The position numbers and the translations under genes are program-made. Under the pieces are notes generated by a model. It had not been told where the DNA came from. It made no database searches and was given only the letters and a program-made list of their open reading frames with translations. A stretch of 64,000 bases of DNA from Pristiophorus japonicus (Eukaryota), in NCBI RefSeq assembly GCF_044704955.1, contig NC_091979.1, positions 259,036,001 to 259,100,000 of the forward strand, in the 5' to 3' direction. Numbering within the stretch: the first letter of the stretch is position 1; each line of letters starts with the position of its first letter. This document shows positions 62,700 to 64,000 of this stretch, one piece after another.

Positions 62700-62978
62700 G
62701 TCTCAGAATAAAGAGTCGGCCATTTAGGACTGAGCTGAGAAGTTTTTTCACTCAGAGGGTGGTGAATCTTTGGAATTCCCTACCCCAAAGTGTTGTGGAA
62801 GCTCAGTCTTTGAGTATACTCAAGACAGAGATCAATAGATTTTGAGATATTAAGGGAATCAAGGGATATGGGGACAGTGCAGGAAAGTGGAGTTGAGGTA
62901 GAAGATCAGCCATGATCTCATTGAATGGCAGAGCAGGCTAGAGGGGCCAAATGGCCTACTCCTGCTCCTATTTCTTAT
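62700..62978 (+). mobile_element. CR1 3' end fragment
   Basis: ccatttaggactgag...gaatctttggaattc...ggcctactcctgctcctatttctta. Confidence 0.85.
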
Positions 62979-63654
62979 ATATAGGAAGCTGTTGTGTATG
63001 CTTACCATGGCACCTTACTTCAGATCTGTCATCTTCATGCACATTAAGAGCTAGGTTCTCATGCTGAATGCTGTCACTAACTTCCCATCATCTACCTGCT
63101 ATCCAGATTAATGCTCCAGTCAGTTCCAAAATGGACAGTCTTTCTTTTCCTCACTTTGACTGGTGAATTCGAGCACAGCAACAAGGAATCTGGCATTGAG
63201 TCTGTGAGAACCCTCCATTGTGCAGGTACTTTGCAACCAAAACCCCTCACTCTTGTGATGCAGGCGTGACTACAAGTGTTTAAACGAATTGTGGAGCCCT
63301 CTAAATTACTGTCAGCTGCAAATGCCATGTGAACACACCCTCACGTAGCCCACTGTGCAAGCAGGAACTCGCACAGAATCGATAATATATGCAAATCTTA
63401 AATATCAGGAGTGTAAGTGTTGGCAGCAGAAGCATTCTTATACTGTTTATCCCCTAATTTGTGCACGATCAGGAAATTCAAGGCTATAGTTATGAACTGC
63501 AGCAGCTAATGTACAGTGAAACTATCTTTGCAACCTAATAACAGGCTCAAACATTTTAAATATTTTTGAGGGTGGCAGTGCATCAATAATTCAGCTTTTT
63601 GTTTGGTTACTGAAGCGAATGTTTGAAGTTCTCTGAATACTACTGCACAGGAAC

Positions 63655-63810
63655 TAGGTGATATAATGGATTAGAACTCTGACCTTTCACCTCTTGAATC
63701 TGAGTTTGAAACCTTCTCAGACAAATGTATTGACAGTCTCATTTTCCTGATGGCTGTAATGAGCCCCAAGTGGAATTAGCCAGTTTCAGTATTGTTCCTA
63801 GCCATTCATC
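63655..63810 (+). repeat. Possible LF-SINE-like old tRNA SINE remnant
   Basis: Short ordered matches to the remembered LF-SINE consensus: cctttcacctct, ctgatggctgt, gttcctag. Confidence 0.35.
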
Positions 63811-64000
63811 ATCACTAATTGAAAGAGGATGTAGGGAAAAGTTGGGGGAATTAGGAATACAATGTTGGTACAGATATAATGTTGTTATGAGGTGGGGCTA
63901 GGGTGCTTTGGACTAGATTTTTACAATGATGGTAACTGAGGCTTATTATTGGTACCAGTTTTAGAATTTTCCATGAGGCGTGGGACAGGGTTAAATTAGT

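Noticed and set aside
39582-64000. Downstream GFRA D2/D3 exons
   Set aside because: No CLDAAKAC/CNRRKC-type Cys-rich exon was recognised; they probably lie beyond the window.
1-64000. CRISPR arrays, retrons or other prokaryotic RT systems
   Set aside because: The sequence is vertebrate, all RT fragments belong to Gypsy, CR1, L2 or RTE, and there is no repeat-spacer array.

Overview
Repeat-dense vertebrate genomic DNA. The TE repertoire (CR1 with esterase ORF1, Deu-domain SINE, Penelope ends, Harbinger MITEs) suggests a cartilaginous fish; this is inference. One host gene is visible: three 5' coding exons of a GDNF family receptor alpha gene (+ strand; 38471-38510, 39079-39381, 39486/39501-39581). 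No D2/D3 exons were recognised downstream, so the rest of the window is probably intron. The remainder is Gypsy LTR elements (one full-length with TSD, one partial, one gag-protease-only, one solo LTR), CR1/L2/RTE LINEs, SINEs, PIF/Harbinger-type elements, a local tandem duplication (about 1.7-13.8 kb) and a decayed 28S rRNA fragment. I found no clearly new biological system. Best leads: a composite CR1-tailed repeat, an RTE-tailed short retroposon, the 28S fragment joined to a SINE tail, and the uORFs, tandem acceptor and uncertain paralog identity of the GFRA gene. Boundaries were read by eye, and family names come from remembered consensus sequences, not database searches.
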